From positions 2,812-66,811 of the forward strand of contig JALHSP010000016.1 in assembly GCA_022865305.1 (NCBI GenBank): 64,000 nucleotides of DNA, written 5' to 3'. Under the pieces are notes generated by a model, which did not search any database, was not told the DNA's origin, and worked only from the letters and a program-made list of their open reading frames with translations. This stretch comes from Bacteroidales bacterium (GTDB taxonomy: Bacteria > Bacteroidota > Bacteroidia > Bacteroidales > VadinHA17). Both the position numbers and the translations under genes were made by a program. Shown piece by piece: positions 1 to 8,383 of the stretch (the stretch's first letter is position 1; every line of letters starts with the position of its first letter).

Positions 1-153
1 AAGCTTCAGCGAAGGTGAACCTCCTCCTTCATTTTTAACCGGCAATAGCCTGTATTACTTCCGTGAAATGAAAATATATTTCATGATTATTTAACCAGGT
101 TCCAGATACAACCTTTTTTCAGGTAGTATGAGTGTTTTGCCTCTTATTTGTAA

Positions 154-849
154 TTAATGTCTGTGAATCAACACATTGATTGAGAAGAAATTTGCTTTAA
201 TGTCAAGTCCATCAGAAGCCTCATCAGTTAATATAGGTTGTAATCCTTTCTGATATCTCAATTCAATACTTCCCTCTTTGAACTTTATGCCTACTCCTAT
301 ATTTAAGTTAAAATCCAGTTCGCGATTTCCTTCATATTCTTCAGTTTCTTCAGCAGAATCACCATCTGCTGTTGCTTTCGCTTTGATATTGGATATAATC
401 AGATATCCAACACCAGGACCACCTATAAGATATGGTTGCAGCAAATTTTCATTATTAGTCAGTGACAATTTGAGGAGAAATGGTGATTCTATATAATCAT
501 TTTGCATTATAAGATTCATGTCAATTTCGACTCCTGATGACAGTCCGGTACTTTGGAACCTGGTACCTTTCTGAACATAATTTATTTCCGGCCGTATTGA
601 TAATTGTTTCATTATTCTGTACTCCAGAAATCCTCCAAAAATAAATCCAATACGCTCCTTGTTTTTAAAGTCAAATCCTGACAATCCGGAAGCAAGATTC
701 ATTCCTTCGCCAATTTGTTGAGCAAGTATACTTGCATCACCGCTCCACCTGGAAATAGTGGTACCAAAATATAATCCATAATTTAATTGTTGGGATACTG
801 ATATCAGAGATGTCAAGCATAATCCCAATATAATCAGAAGCTTTTTCAT
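154..849 (-). CDS. Outer-membrane beta-barrel protein (porin family, OMP_b-brl_2-like)
   Basis: Signal peptide; Bacteroidota motifs RPEINYVQKG, YIESPFLLK, PYLIGGPGVGY, ELRYQKGL; alternating hydrophobic strands. Confidence 0.75.
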   Translation of the reverse strand: MKKLLIILGLCLTSLISVSQQLNYGLYFGTTISRWSGDASILAQQIGEGMNLASGLSGFDFKNKERIGFIFGGFLEYRIMKQLSIRPEINYVQKGTRFQSTGLSSGVEIDMNLIMQNDYIESPFLLKLSLTNNENLLQPYLIGGPGVGYLIISNIKAKATADGDSAEETEEYEGNRELDFNLNIGVGIKFKEGSIELRYQKGLQPILTDEASDGLDIKANFFSINVLIHRH

Positions 850-903
850 CTGTACAGAATCAAGAATTCAAGGTAAATGGAGTAATTCTTCTATTAGTGA
901 TAA

Positions 904-1479
904 TCACTGATTTTGCAAAATACAATTTGCCAAATCCATTACATTATCTTTATATTTATCTGATTTTATTTCAAATTCAAAGTATTTCCCCAATTCGTCT
1001 TCAAAAGTATTTTCAATTTCTTTTTCAGAGATGACATATAACCGAAGGTATAGTATGTTAGTAGAAGATAATTTATCAATTTGTTCCCTGGTTATCTTAT
1101 AATAAAGGAATATATTAAAAGTTGTCAGATTTAACATTCTCCCTTCAATATTCTCCGGAGGATTTAATTTAAGCTCATTCCCATCTTCCAGATAAAAAAT
1201 TATTGGAGTATCTTCATAAACTTCAAATTTAGGACTGTATGTTCGAGAGAAAGGGATAACGAAAAAATATTGTCCATCTGTAGTCTCTATGAAAGTATTT
1301 GAAGCAGCAACAAAGTACTTATTAAAAAGAACTTTTGGTTTAACGAGAATTTCAATGTCTACAGGCACTCTTTTTTCATACATCCTGATCAGAGATCCTT
1401 TCGAGACGAATTTACACTGACTATTAACGACAGCTGATGAAAAAAGACAGATTGCAACAAGGAGTATTTTTTTAATCAT
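904..1479 (-). CDS. Hypothetical secreted protein
   Basis: 191-aa ORF with signal peptide ending in ...VNSQC; co-oriented with neighbours. Confidence 0.6.
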   Translation of the reverse strand: MIKKILLVAICLFSSAVVNSQCKFVSKGSLIRMYEKRVPVDIEILVKPKVLFNKYFVAASNTFIETTDGQYFFVIPFSRTYSPKFEVYEDTPIIFYLEDGNELKLNPPENIEGRMLNLTTFNIFLYYKITREQIDKLSSTNILYLRLYVISEKEIENTFEDELGKYFEFEIKSDKYKDNVMDLANCILQNQ

Positions 1480-1490
1480 AGTAAATTAAT

Positions 1491-2039
1491 TTATAGTTTA
1501 ATTTTAAAGCTTAGAGCAAAATAACTTCTATTTATATCTATAACTGGATTTAAATAGAATGATGCATTTCCTTGCGTTTTGCGAGGTATTGAAATACTTT
1601 TCCATTTAGGAGTAGCTAATCCAACCAGGCCTCCTATGATCGCACCTCCTCCAATAAAACCTGCAATTATAGCGCCGGCATTGGGTTTCAATTCTGTATA
1701 AGGGTCACTTTCTATATCTGCAACGGCTAATAAACTAGACAAAGCCATAAGGCCAGCGCCATACAATGCAAATCCTGCCACCCTTGTGCCAGATTTTACT
1801 TTTATACTGTTCAAATTATTCAAACTCACAGTTTCTACTTTAAGGGTTGTATTGTTTTTAAAGCTAATAGTAGAGTCATTTATTAATGTTAAATTTCTAC
1901 CTCTGGTAATCTGATGGTTTTTCAAATAAATTTTAGCCAGTTCGTAGCTCTTATTAACTTCAAGTGTTTCCCTGGTTTGCGAAAAACTTAAAGTATAAAA
2001 TAAAAAAAACACAAGTGTTGTTATCAACGGTTTTTTCAT
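1491..2039 (-). CDS. Hypothetical secreted/membrane protein with glycine-zipper hairpin
   Basis: Signal peptide; hydrophobic GAIIAGFIGGGAIIGGLVG segment; C-terminal beta strand. Confidence 0.6.
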   Translation of the reverse strand: MKKPLITTLVFFLFYTLSFSQTRETLEVNKSYELAKIYLKNHQITRGRNLTLINDSTISFKNNTTLKVETVSLNNLNSIKVKSGTRVAGFALYGAGLMALSSLLAVADIESDPYTELKPNAGAIIAGFIGGGAIIGGLVGLATPKWKSISIPRKTQGNASFYLNPVIDINRSYFALSFKIKL

Positions 2040-2395
2040 AATACAATGATTAAGTGGTTAATAAAAAATTTTGTCAATAAGATATCTGATAGTATGATTT
2101 AAATTCTTACTTTGAGGTACCAGGTTTTCAAAATACAGCCTCGCCGGTGAGACTTAATCATTTGAATGCAAGCAAGTATCACTTTGGGTTTATCTGATAA
2201 GAGTTAAATATTTTTGTCTAAAGTAGGAAATTTATTTAAAATCTGCAAAATATTTTGTATAATTTAGGTTTTACAATACATATTTTGACATTAATTCGTT
2301 ATGTAGTTCATACGCCAATGCATATTTTAATTGAATCGTCTCTATGAAGAGGCAAGAGGAATGCAGCTTGGTTTATTTTTTTGTTTTTGAAACAA

Positions 2396-2426
2396 AACCG
2401 CCTGAAATCCTTGATTTTAAGCGGTT
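2396..2426 (-). terminator. Intrinsic terminator downstream of tRNA-Thr
   Basis: Minus strand AACCGCTTAAAATC-AAG-GATTTCAGGCGGTT followed by TTGTTT. Confidence 0.6.
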
Positions 2427-2451
2427 GTGGAAAAAATGAGATTGAATGTAG

Positions 2452-2524
2452 AGCCTCCAATGGGACTCGAACCCACGACCTGCTCATTACGAATGAGCTG
2501 CTCTACCGGCTGAGCTAAGGAGGC
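2452..2524 (-). tRNA. tRNA-Thr (anticodon CGT), CCA not encoded
   Basis: Cloverleaf GCCTCCT/TGGAGGC acceptor, GCTC/GAGC D-stem, GCTCA-TTCGTAA-TGAGC anticodon arm, GTGGG-TTCGAGT-CCCAT T-arm; 73 nt. Confidence 0.97.
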
Positions 2525-2535
2525 AAGAACTGGTG

Positions 2536-2543
2536 CAAATATA
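2536..2543 (-). promoter_or_regulatory. Bacteroidota -7 promoter box for the tRNA
   Basis: TATATTTG (TAnnTTTG consensus) 11 nt upstream of the tRNA 5' end. Confidence 0.7.
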
Positions 2544-2551
2544 AATAAAAA

Positions 2552-3778
2552 TTACTCCAGTTTTTCTAACCTCTGAAGCAAGGGAGGATGTGAATAATGA
2601 AAAAACACATATGCCGGATGGGGCATCATATTGGAAAGGTTTTTTACAGAGAGTTTCTTTAAAGCATCTGCAAGAATTTCAGGTTTAAAATTTTGTCTTA
2701 CAAATTTGTCAGCTGCAAATTCATTCTTTCTGGAAATATAATTGAAACCTAAACCTATCAATAAAGATAATGGGCTGTACAGAATTCCGAATACAATCAG
2801 ACCAAGATGGAAACTCGGACCCTCCGCTCCCATTGCCTTCGACAGTCCCGGACTATCAACAACAAGAGAAAAAAGAAAAAGCATCAGTCCTGTGAGTAAA
2901 AAAGAGAACAGGAGTGTAAAGAGTACATGCTTTTTCCTGTAATGTCCAATTTCGTGCGCAAGGACAGCCACTATTTCCTCTTCTGTAAGTTCTTTGGGTA
3001 ATGTATCATAAAGAACAATTCTCTTTTTGGGACCAAATCCAGAGAAATAAGCATTGGCTTTAGTACTTCTTTTAGAGCCATCAATTACATATATGTTTTT
3101 AAGCTTAAATACGGATTTAGCTGCAAAATCTTTGATCTTATCCCGCAATGAACCTTCTTCCAGTGGTTTTTGCTTATTAAACAGCGGCACTATTAATTCA
3201 GAATAGAACAGATTAATAAAAATTGAAAAGAGGGTAATTAATGCCCATGCATAGAGCCAGAAACCGGGTCCTGTTTTATAATAAAACCAGGTTATAAGTC
3301 CAAGTACAGGTATTCCGACTATAATTGCAATAAACCATGATTTAATATGATCAGTAATAAACGTCCTGATAGTCATGGTATTAAATCCGTATTTCTTCTC
3401 TATAACGAATGTGTCGTACCAGCTGAAGGGAATGTTGATTACATCGGAAGCAAAGCCAATTATCCCAAAGAATATTAATGAGATAGCTACTAAATTCATG
3501 CTTAAGGACCTGGCCAGATTATCCACAAGTGAAAAACCTCCGGCAATTATCATTATCAGAATTACCGCCAGATTAAATGATGAAGACCAGAATGATAATC
3601 TTTTGTTATCTCTCTCGTATAACTGAGTTTTCCTGTATTCCTCTTCATCACATATCCCTTTTAATTTTGCCGGAAGAGTATCAGACCACATTCTATTATT
3701 AAGATGCTCGAGATAGCGTTCAAGAAGGAATCCAGTAACCGGAATTATAAGGATCAGGAAAAAGATGGAGTTATACAT
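2552..3778 (-). CDS. M48 family zinc metallopeptidase (Ste24/CAAX prenyl protease type I-like)
   Basis: Multiple TM helices, NAYFSG, HEIGH (HExxH), NEFAAD, HPPLLQRL. Confidence 0.92.
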   Translation of the reverse strand: MYNSIFFLILIIPVTGFLLERYLEHLNNRMWSDTLPAKLKGICDEEEYRKTQLYERDNKRLSFWSSSFNLAVILIMIIAGGFSLVDNLARSLSMNLVAISLIFFGIIGFASDVINIPFSWYDTFVIEKKYGFNTMTIRTFITDHIKSWFIAIIVGIPVLGLITWFYYKTGPGFWLYAWALITLFSIFINLFYSELIVPLFNKQKPLEEGSLRDKIKDFAAKSVFKLKNIYVIDGSKRSTKANAYFSGFGPKKRIVLYDTLPKELTEEEIVAVLAHEIGHYRKKHVLFTLLFSFLLTGLMLFLFSLVVDSPGLSKAMGAEGPSFHLGLIVFGILYSPLSLLIGLGFNYISRKNEFAADKFVRQNFKPEILADALKKLSVKNLSNMMPHPAYVFFHYSHPPLLQRLEKLE

Positions 3779-3798
3779 TGGGAGGATATTAAAAAAAA

Positions 3799-3877
3799 GC
3801 AGGGCGCCTGTTTAAAATAAGTGTGGAATAAATATGTCTCGCTGCATTTCCTCGTGCTAAAAGGATAGGCACCCTGC
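3799..3877 (-). terminator. Terminator-like stem with a 57-nt loop between fabG and the M48 gene
   Basis: Minus strand GCAGGGTGCCT...AGGCGCCCTGC followed by a run of T. Confidence 0.45.
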
Positions 3878-3902
3878 GAAGTTGTAAATATAATAAAAAA
3901 AT

Positions 3903-4649
3903 TTAAGTTAACATACCTCCGCAAACATGAATTGTTTGTCCGCTTATATAAGACGAAAGTTCTGATGCGAGAAATAAAGCTGTGTTTGCCACATCTACAG
4001 GGGTTCCACCACGTCTGAGCGGGATTTTATCAATCCATGATTTTTTTACATCCTCATGTAATTTTTCAGTCATTTCTGTCATGATAAAGCCGGGAGCAAT
4101 AGCATTGCATCTTATATTTCTTGATCCTACTTCCTTTGCCACACTTTTTGTAAATCCAATAATTCCTGCTTTTGACGCCGAATAATTACTTTGTCCTGCA
4201 TTACCTGATACACCAACAACAGAACTCATATTGATTATTGAACCGCTTTTTTGCTTCAGCATAACCGGAATAGCGGCTTTTGTCAGGTTAAAGACCGATT
4301 TCAGGTTAGTTGCAATTACCGCATCCCATTGCTCCTCGGTCATTCGCATCAGTAATGTATCTCTGGTGATTCCCGCATTGTTTACAAGTACATCAATCTT
4401 TGAAAAATCTTTCACAGTTTCATTTATCAATCTTTGAGAATCTTCAAAGCTGGCAGCATTCGAGACATATCCTTTTACTTTAACACCTGAAGATTCTATT
4501 TCTTTTATAGTACTTTTAAATTCGTCATCATCTGCGATATTCGTTATTGCAATATCTGCACCTTCACGGGCATAAAGCAGAGCTATTGCTTTGCCTATAC
4601 CTCTTGACGCACCAGTAATCAGGGCAGTTTTGCCATTCAATAGTCCCAT
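3903..4649 (-). CDS. fabG: 3-oxoacyl-[acyl-carrier-protein] reductase
   Basis: ITGASRGIG Rossmann motif, NNAGITRD, YSASK catalytic motif, IAPGFI. Confidence 0.93.
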   Translation of the reverse strand: MGLLNGKTALITGASRGIGKAIALLYAREGADIAITNIADDDEFKSTIKEIESSGVKVKGYVSNAASFEDSQRLINETVKDFSKIDVLVNNAGITRDTLLMRMTEEQWDAVIATNLKSVFNLTKAAIPVMLKQKSGSIINMSSVVGVSGNAGQSNYSASKAGIIGFTKSVAKEVGSRNIRCNAIAPGFIMTEMTEKLHEDVKKSWIDKIPLRRGGTPVDVANTALFLASELSSYISGQTIHVCGGMLT

Positions 4650-4672
4650 ATCAATAAGGTTTTAAGTTGGTG

Positions 4673-4680
4673 CAAAGATA
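4673..4680 (-). promoter_or_regulatory. -7 promoter box for fabG
   Basis: TATCTTTG 23 nt upstream of the start codon. Confidence 0.6.
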
Positions 4681-4684
4681 GAAG

Positions 4685-4743
4685 AAAGTCTAAAAGTTTA
4701 TAAAGTCTGAAAGTTTATAAAGTCTATAAAGTCGTAAAGTTTT
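4685..4743. repeat. Imperfect 8-9-nt tandem repeat (AAAGT-N3-4) x7
   Basis: aaagtcta aaagtttat aaagtctg aaagtttat aaagtctat aaagtcgt aaagtttt. Confidence 0.85.
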
Positions 4744-5614
4744 AAGGTTTTAAGATCTTTGCAACTGTAATTCCAATATCTGCTGGTGATTCAACAACAT
4801 GGATGCCACACTCCTTCATTATCGCCATCTTGGCTGCTGCTGTATCGTTCTTCCCTCCGATTATTGCGCCGGCGTGCCCCATCCTTCGTCCTTTTGGAGC
4901 TGTTTGTCCCGCTACAAAGCCTATTACGGGTTTCGTACTGTTCTTTCTGATCCATTCAGCTGCCTCATTTTCCATATTACCGCCTATTTCACCGATAATT
5001 ACAATTGCTTCAGTCTCATTATCTTTCATCATAAGCTTAACTGCATCAAGGGTCGTGGTGCCGACAACAGGATCCCCTCCTATCCCAATGCATGTTGACT
5101 GTCCCAGTCCGAGTTTTGTCACCTGATCCACAGCTTCATAAGTCAGAGTACCGGACCGTGAAATAATTCCTACAGTACCCTTCTTATGAATAAAACCCGG
5201 CATAATGCCGACTTTGGATTCTCCCGGAGTAATAATACCCGGACAGTTTGGCCCTATCATCCTGCAATCGAATTGTTTAAGAAATTCCTTTACCATTACC
5301 ATATCTGAGACAGGAATACCCTCTGTTATTGTCACAATAAGCTTGATACCTCCGCTTGCTGCCTCAAGGATAGCATCAGCGCCAAATGACGGAGGGACGA
5401 AAATCACTGAAACATCAGCTGAAGTTTTATTTACTGCATCCCTGACTGTGTTAAACACAGGTAAGCCAAGGTGTACCTGTCCGCCTTTTCCCGGAGTTAC
5501 TCCACCAACCACTTTAGTCCCGTATTCAATCATCTGTGTGGAATGAAAAGTGCCTTCACTTCCCGTAAATCCCTGGACTAATACTTTTGAGTTTTTATTT
5601 AACAGGATGCTCAT
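4742..5614 (-). CDS. sucD: Succinyl-CoA ligase alpha subunit
   Basis: [33 protein letters not shown], phospho-His motif GHAGA. Confidence 0.97.
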   Translation of the reverse strand: MSILLNKNSKVLVQGFTGSEGTFHSTQMIEYGTKVVGGVTPGKGGQVHLGLPVFNTVRDAVNKTSADVSVIFVPPSFGADAILEAASGGIKLIVTITEGIPVSDMVMVKEFLKQFDCRMIGPNCPGIITPGESKVGIMPGFIHKKGTVGIISRSGTLTYEAVDQVTKLGLGQSTCIGIGGDPVVGTTTLDAVKLMMKDNETEAIVIIGEIGGNMENEAAEWIRKNSTKPVIGFVAGQTAPKGRRMGHAGAIIGGKNDTAAAKMAIMKECGIHVVESPADIGITVAKILKP

Positions 5615-5750
5615 AAAAGCCAGAATATTAATATGATAGTTATATTGATTCTCAGGTTAAACTCTCAGTTTGAAAAAGATCACACCTTCAAAAATACCAT
5701 ATTATTGTCTCCTTTTTGTTATATTTGAGTGACAATTTTGAGATTTTTTT

Positions 5751-6872
5751 ATGGTAAATATAGATCCCATATTATATATAGGTATTTCACAGGCATTTTT
5801 TGCAGGATTACTTATTTCTACAAAAAAACCATTTACCATTGCCAACAGGATAATGGCTACATGGTTGTTTCTGATCTGTATTGAACTTATTTTTGCGCTC
5901 ATAAATTCGAAGGTCATTGAAATGTATGCTTTTCCGTTCGTTGCCTTTACATATGGGCCACTGCTCTTTCTGTATGTACAATTCATGACAAATCCCGATA
6001 AAAGATTTAACTGGCTTGCCCTGATTCATTTTATTCCCTTTTTAACATTTTTCACTGTGTCGGTTATTTTCAGATCTGTACCGTTGCTCAGAGATATGAG
6101 GAGCTTCTTTGCACCAGACAGATTCATTTCATTAAGAATTGTCTACAGCACCTGTTTTTTCCTTTCAGTTACTGTTTACAGTATTCTGTCATTTATTCAG
6201 ATTAAGAGACACCAGGATAACCTGAAGAACCTGGTCTCATATATTTCCAATGTCATTACACTTAACTGGTTAAAAATCCTATCTATAAGTTTTTATGTTG
6301 CATTCCTGATACTTTTTATTCTGGGCGGACTGAACATGATAGGTGATTTTATCCCGTTCGATCCATATTTTGTGGTGTTTGGTTTTATCGCTATGTTCTC
6401 TTTTGTTTATAGTTTTTACGGGATAAAACAGCCTGTGATATTTGGTCAGGAAATAAAGATCAATGGTGACGACAAGAAGGATGCTGAAAAATACACGAAA
6501 AGCGGGTTAAAAGAAAAACAAGCCAAAATTTATCTTGAAAAACTTATTTCATTTGCGGAAACTCAAAAACCTTATCTGGACAGGGATCTGAGTATCCTTG
6601 ATCTTTCAAATTTAACAGGTATTCCCCGTCACCATATCACACAGGTGCTAAATGAAAAGCATAAAAAGAATTTTTTCACATTTATTAATGAATACAGGGT
6701 AAAGGAGGTTATTAACAGATTCTCTGATCCGAAAAACAATAACTTTACAATACTTGCAATCGCCTATGATTCAGGATTTAATTCCAAAACAACCTTCAAT
6801 TCTATATTCAAGTCCAAGACTGGGTTGACCCCAAGTGAATACAGAGAAAAATCGACCGGCATTAAGGAATAG
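5751..6872 (+). CDS. AraC-family regulator with N-terminal multi-TM sensor
   Basis: About 7 TM helices, then C-terminal double HTH (RHHITQVLN...GFNSKTTFNSIFKSKTGLTPSEYR). Confidence 0.9.
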   Translation: MVNIDPILYIGISQAFFAGLLISTKKPFTIANRIMATWLFLICIELIFALINSKVIEMYAFPFVAFTYGPLLFLYVQFMTNPDKRFNWLALIHFIPFLTFFTVSVIFRSVPLLRDMRSFFAPDRFISLRIVYSTCFFLSVTVYSILSFIQIKRHQDNLKNLVSYISNVITLNWLKILSISFYVAFLILFILGGLNMIGDFIPFDPYFVVFGFIAMFSFVYSFYGIKQPVIFGQEIKINGDDKKDAEKYTKSGLKEKQAKIYLEKLISFAETQKPYLDRDLSILDLSNLTGIPRHHITQVLNEKHKKNFFTFINEYRVKEVINRFSDPKNNNFTILAIAYDSGFNSKTTFNSIFKSKTGLTPSEYREKSTGIKE

Positions 6873-6983
6873 ATAGTTCATTCCAAGCGGGACGCACAAC
6901 TATACTCTTTTATATAAGTTCGGGAAAGACGGATAAGACGATTCGTCTTTCTTTATTTTATTCATTTGTGTCAAATACCGGGT

Positions 6984-8381
6984 ATGATTAAGAGTTTTAA
7001 AATATTTACAGGTCTGCTTTTTTTCATTCCGATTTTAGCTTTAGGCCAGGATACTACCCAGGTACTTACATTACCTGAGAATGAAAATAAGAAAATAATA
7101 TACGGTTTTATAAGAGGTGGAATTTATGGAAACATAGACAAATCAGATGATAAACCTTACATCTCAACTGCATTTTCGGATATGGGTCTGAAAATCGAAT
7201 GTAAGGACGGATTGTTATTTAAAGCATATGCAGATCTGAGGTTCCGGTACGGTGCTGAATTTCTTGAACCTGTCAGCAAATTTGATATCAGGGAAGCTTA
7301 TGTCAGGATAAATGGCAAGCATTGGGATCTTACAACAGGACAAAAGATCATTAAATGGGGCCGGGCTGATTTCACAAATCCAACCTCTAAATTAAGTCCT
7401 CAGAACATGGTATCGCGTTCCCCTGACCGGGAAGATATGGATATGGGCAACCTGCTAACGACCATTAAATGGTATCCTTCCCCCTCCATTACGATGGAAG
7501 CAGTTGCCCTTCCATATTTCCGGTCATCAAAACTAATTATCAGTCCTGTTCCATTGCCGGAAAATGTCACTATAAATGAAATAAACTCTCTGATCACCGA
7601 TAAAAAGATGTTCAGCTATGGTTTAAAATCCGACATTCATCTGAAAGGGATAGACTGGAGCCTCTCATGGTTTGATGGTTATGATCCGATGCCGGGTACA
7701 GCTTTAACTGGTTTTAACCTTGATCTTTCGGTACCTATTCCTGTCCCTGAAACTGAGCTCACTTTAAAACCATATAAATTAAGGATCATGGGACTTGATT
7801 TTGAGTCTTCAGCAGGGAAATTTGGAATCAGGGGTGAGGCTGCATGGTCAGATCCTTATCTCTTTAATGATACAATTGAATATGTGCCATTTCCAGAGAT
7901 AGAATGGGTTGCTGGAATTGACTGGGCGTCAGGAGTATGGCGTATAACAGGGGAATATTCAGGGAAATCAGTGCTTGATTTCAAATCTGCAGACGCAGAT
8001 CCTGTCATTGGTACTGAGCCTGATTATGCAAGACTGGCAGAACTGCTTTTAATTCCCGGATTCGATATTACGGAATACGTCCGTAAGCAGGTTGGTGCCT
8101 TTAACCGGCTTTATAATTACCAGTTGGAAAAGCAATATCATTCTGCAGGACTCAGAATCGAAGCCGACCTGGTTTATGGCAAGCTTGCTCCTTCAGTTTT
8201 TACTCAGTATAACTTCACATCACACGATCTGCTTATTATTCCTGAGCTAAAGTACAAGCCAGCTGATGGAGTGACTATTACTGCCGGTGCTGAGTTTTAC
8301 TCCGGTCGAAAAGGATCATTATTCGATATAGTTGATGATTTTATGAATTGCGTATATGTCGGATTTAAGGTTGATTTTTAA
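6984..8381 (+). CDS. Outer-membrane beta-barrel protein (DUF1302-like); start probably ATG 6984 rather than TTG 6966
   Basis: Signal peptide, IREAYVRI...GQKIIKWGRAD motif, C-terminal aromatic strand VGFKVDF. Confidence 0.75.
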   Translation: MIKSFKIFTGLLFFIPILALGQDTTQVLTLPENENKKIIYGFIRGGIYGNIDKSDDKPYISTAFSDMGLKIECKDGLLFKAYADLRFRYGAEFLEPVSKFDIREAYVRINGKHWDLTTGQKIIKWGRADFTNPTSKLSPQNMVSRSPDREDMDMGNLLTTIKWYPSPSITMEAVALPYFRSSKLIISPVPLPENVTINEINSLITDKKMFSYGLKSDIHLKGIDWSLSWFDGYDPMPGTALTGFNLDLSVPIPVPETELTLKPYKLRIMGLDFESSAGKFGIRGEAAWSDPYLFNDTIEYVPFPEIEWVAGIDWASGVWRITGEYSGKSVLDFKSADADPVIGTEPDYARLAELLLIPGFDITEYVRKQVGAFNRLYNYQLEKQYHSAGLRIEADLVYGKLAPSVFTQYNFTSHDLLIIPELKYKPADGVTITAGAEFYSGRKGSLFDIVDDFMNCVYVGFKVDF

Positions 8382-8383
8382 AC

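Noticed and set aside
2452-2524. U7-U66 mismatch suggesting a pseudo-tRNA
   Set aside because: All other arms and invariant bases are canonical, with a good promoter and terminator; single acceptor-stem mismatches are tolerated
2552-3778. Ste24-like M48 forming a full CAAX pathway with the CPBP and ICMT genes
   Set aside because: It is 50 kb away in a housekeeping context and is common in Bacteroidota; nothing in the sequence links them
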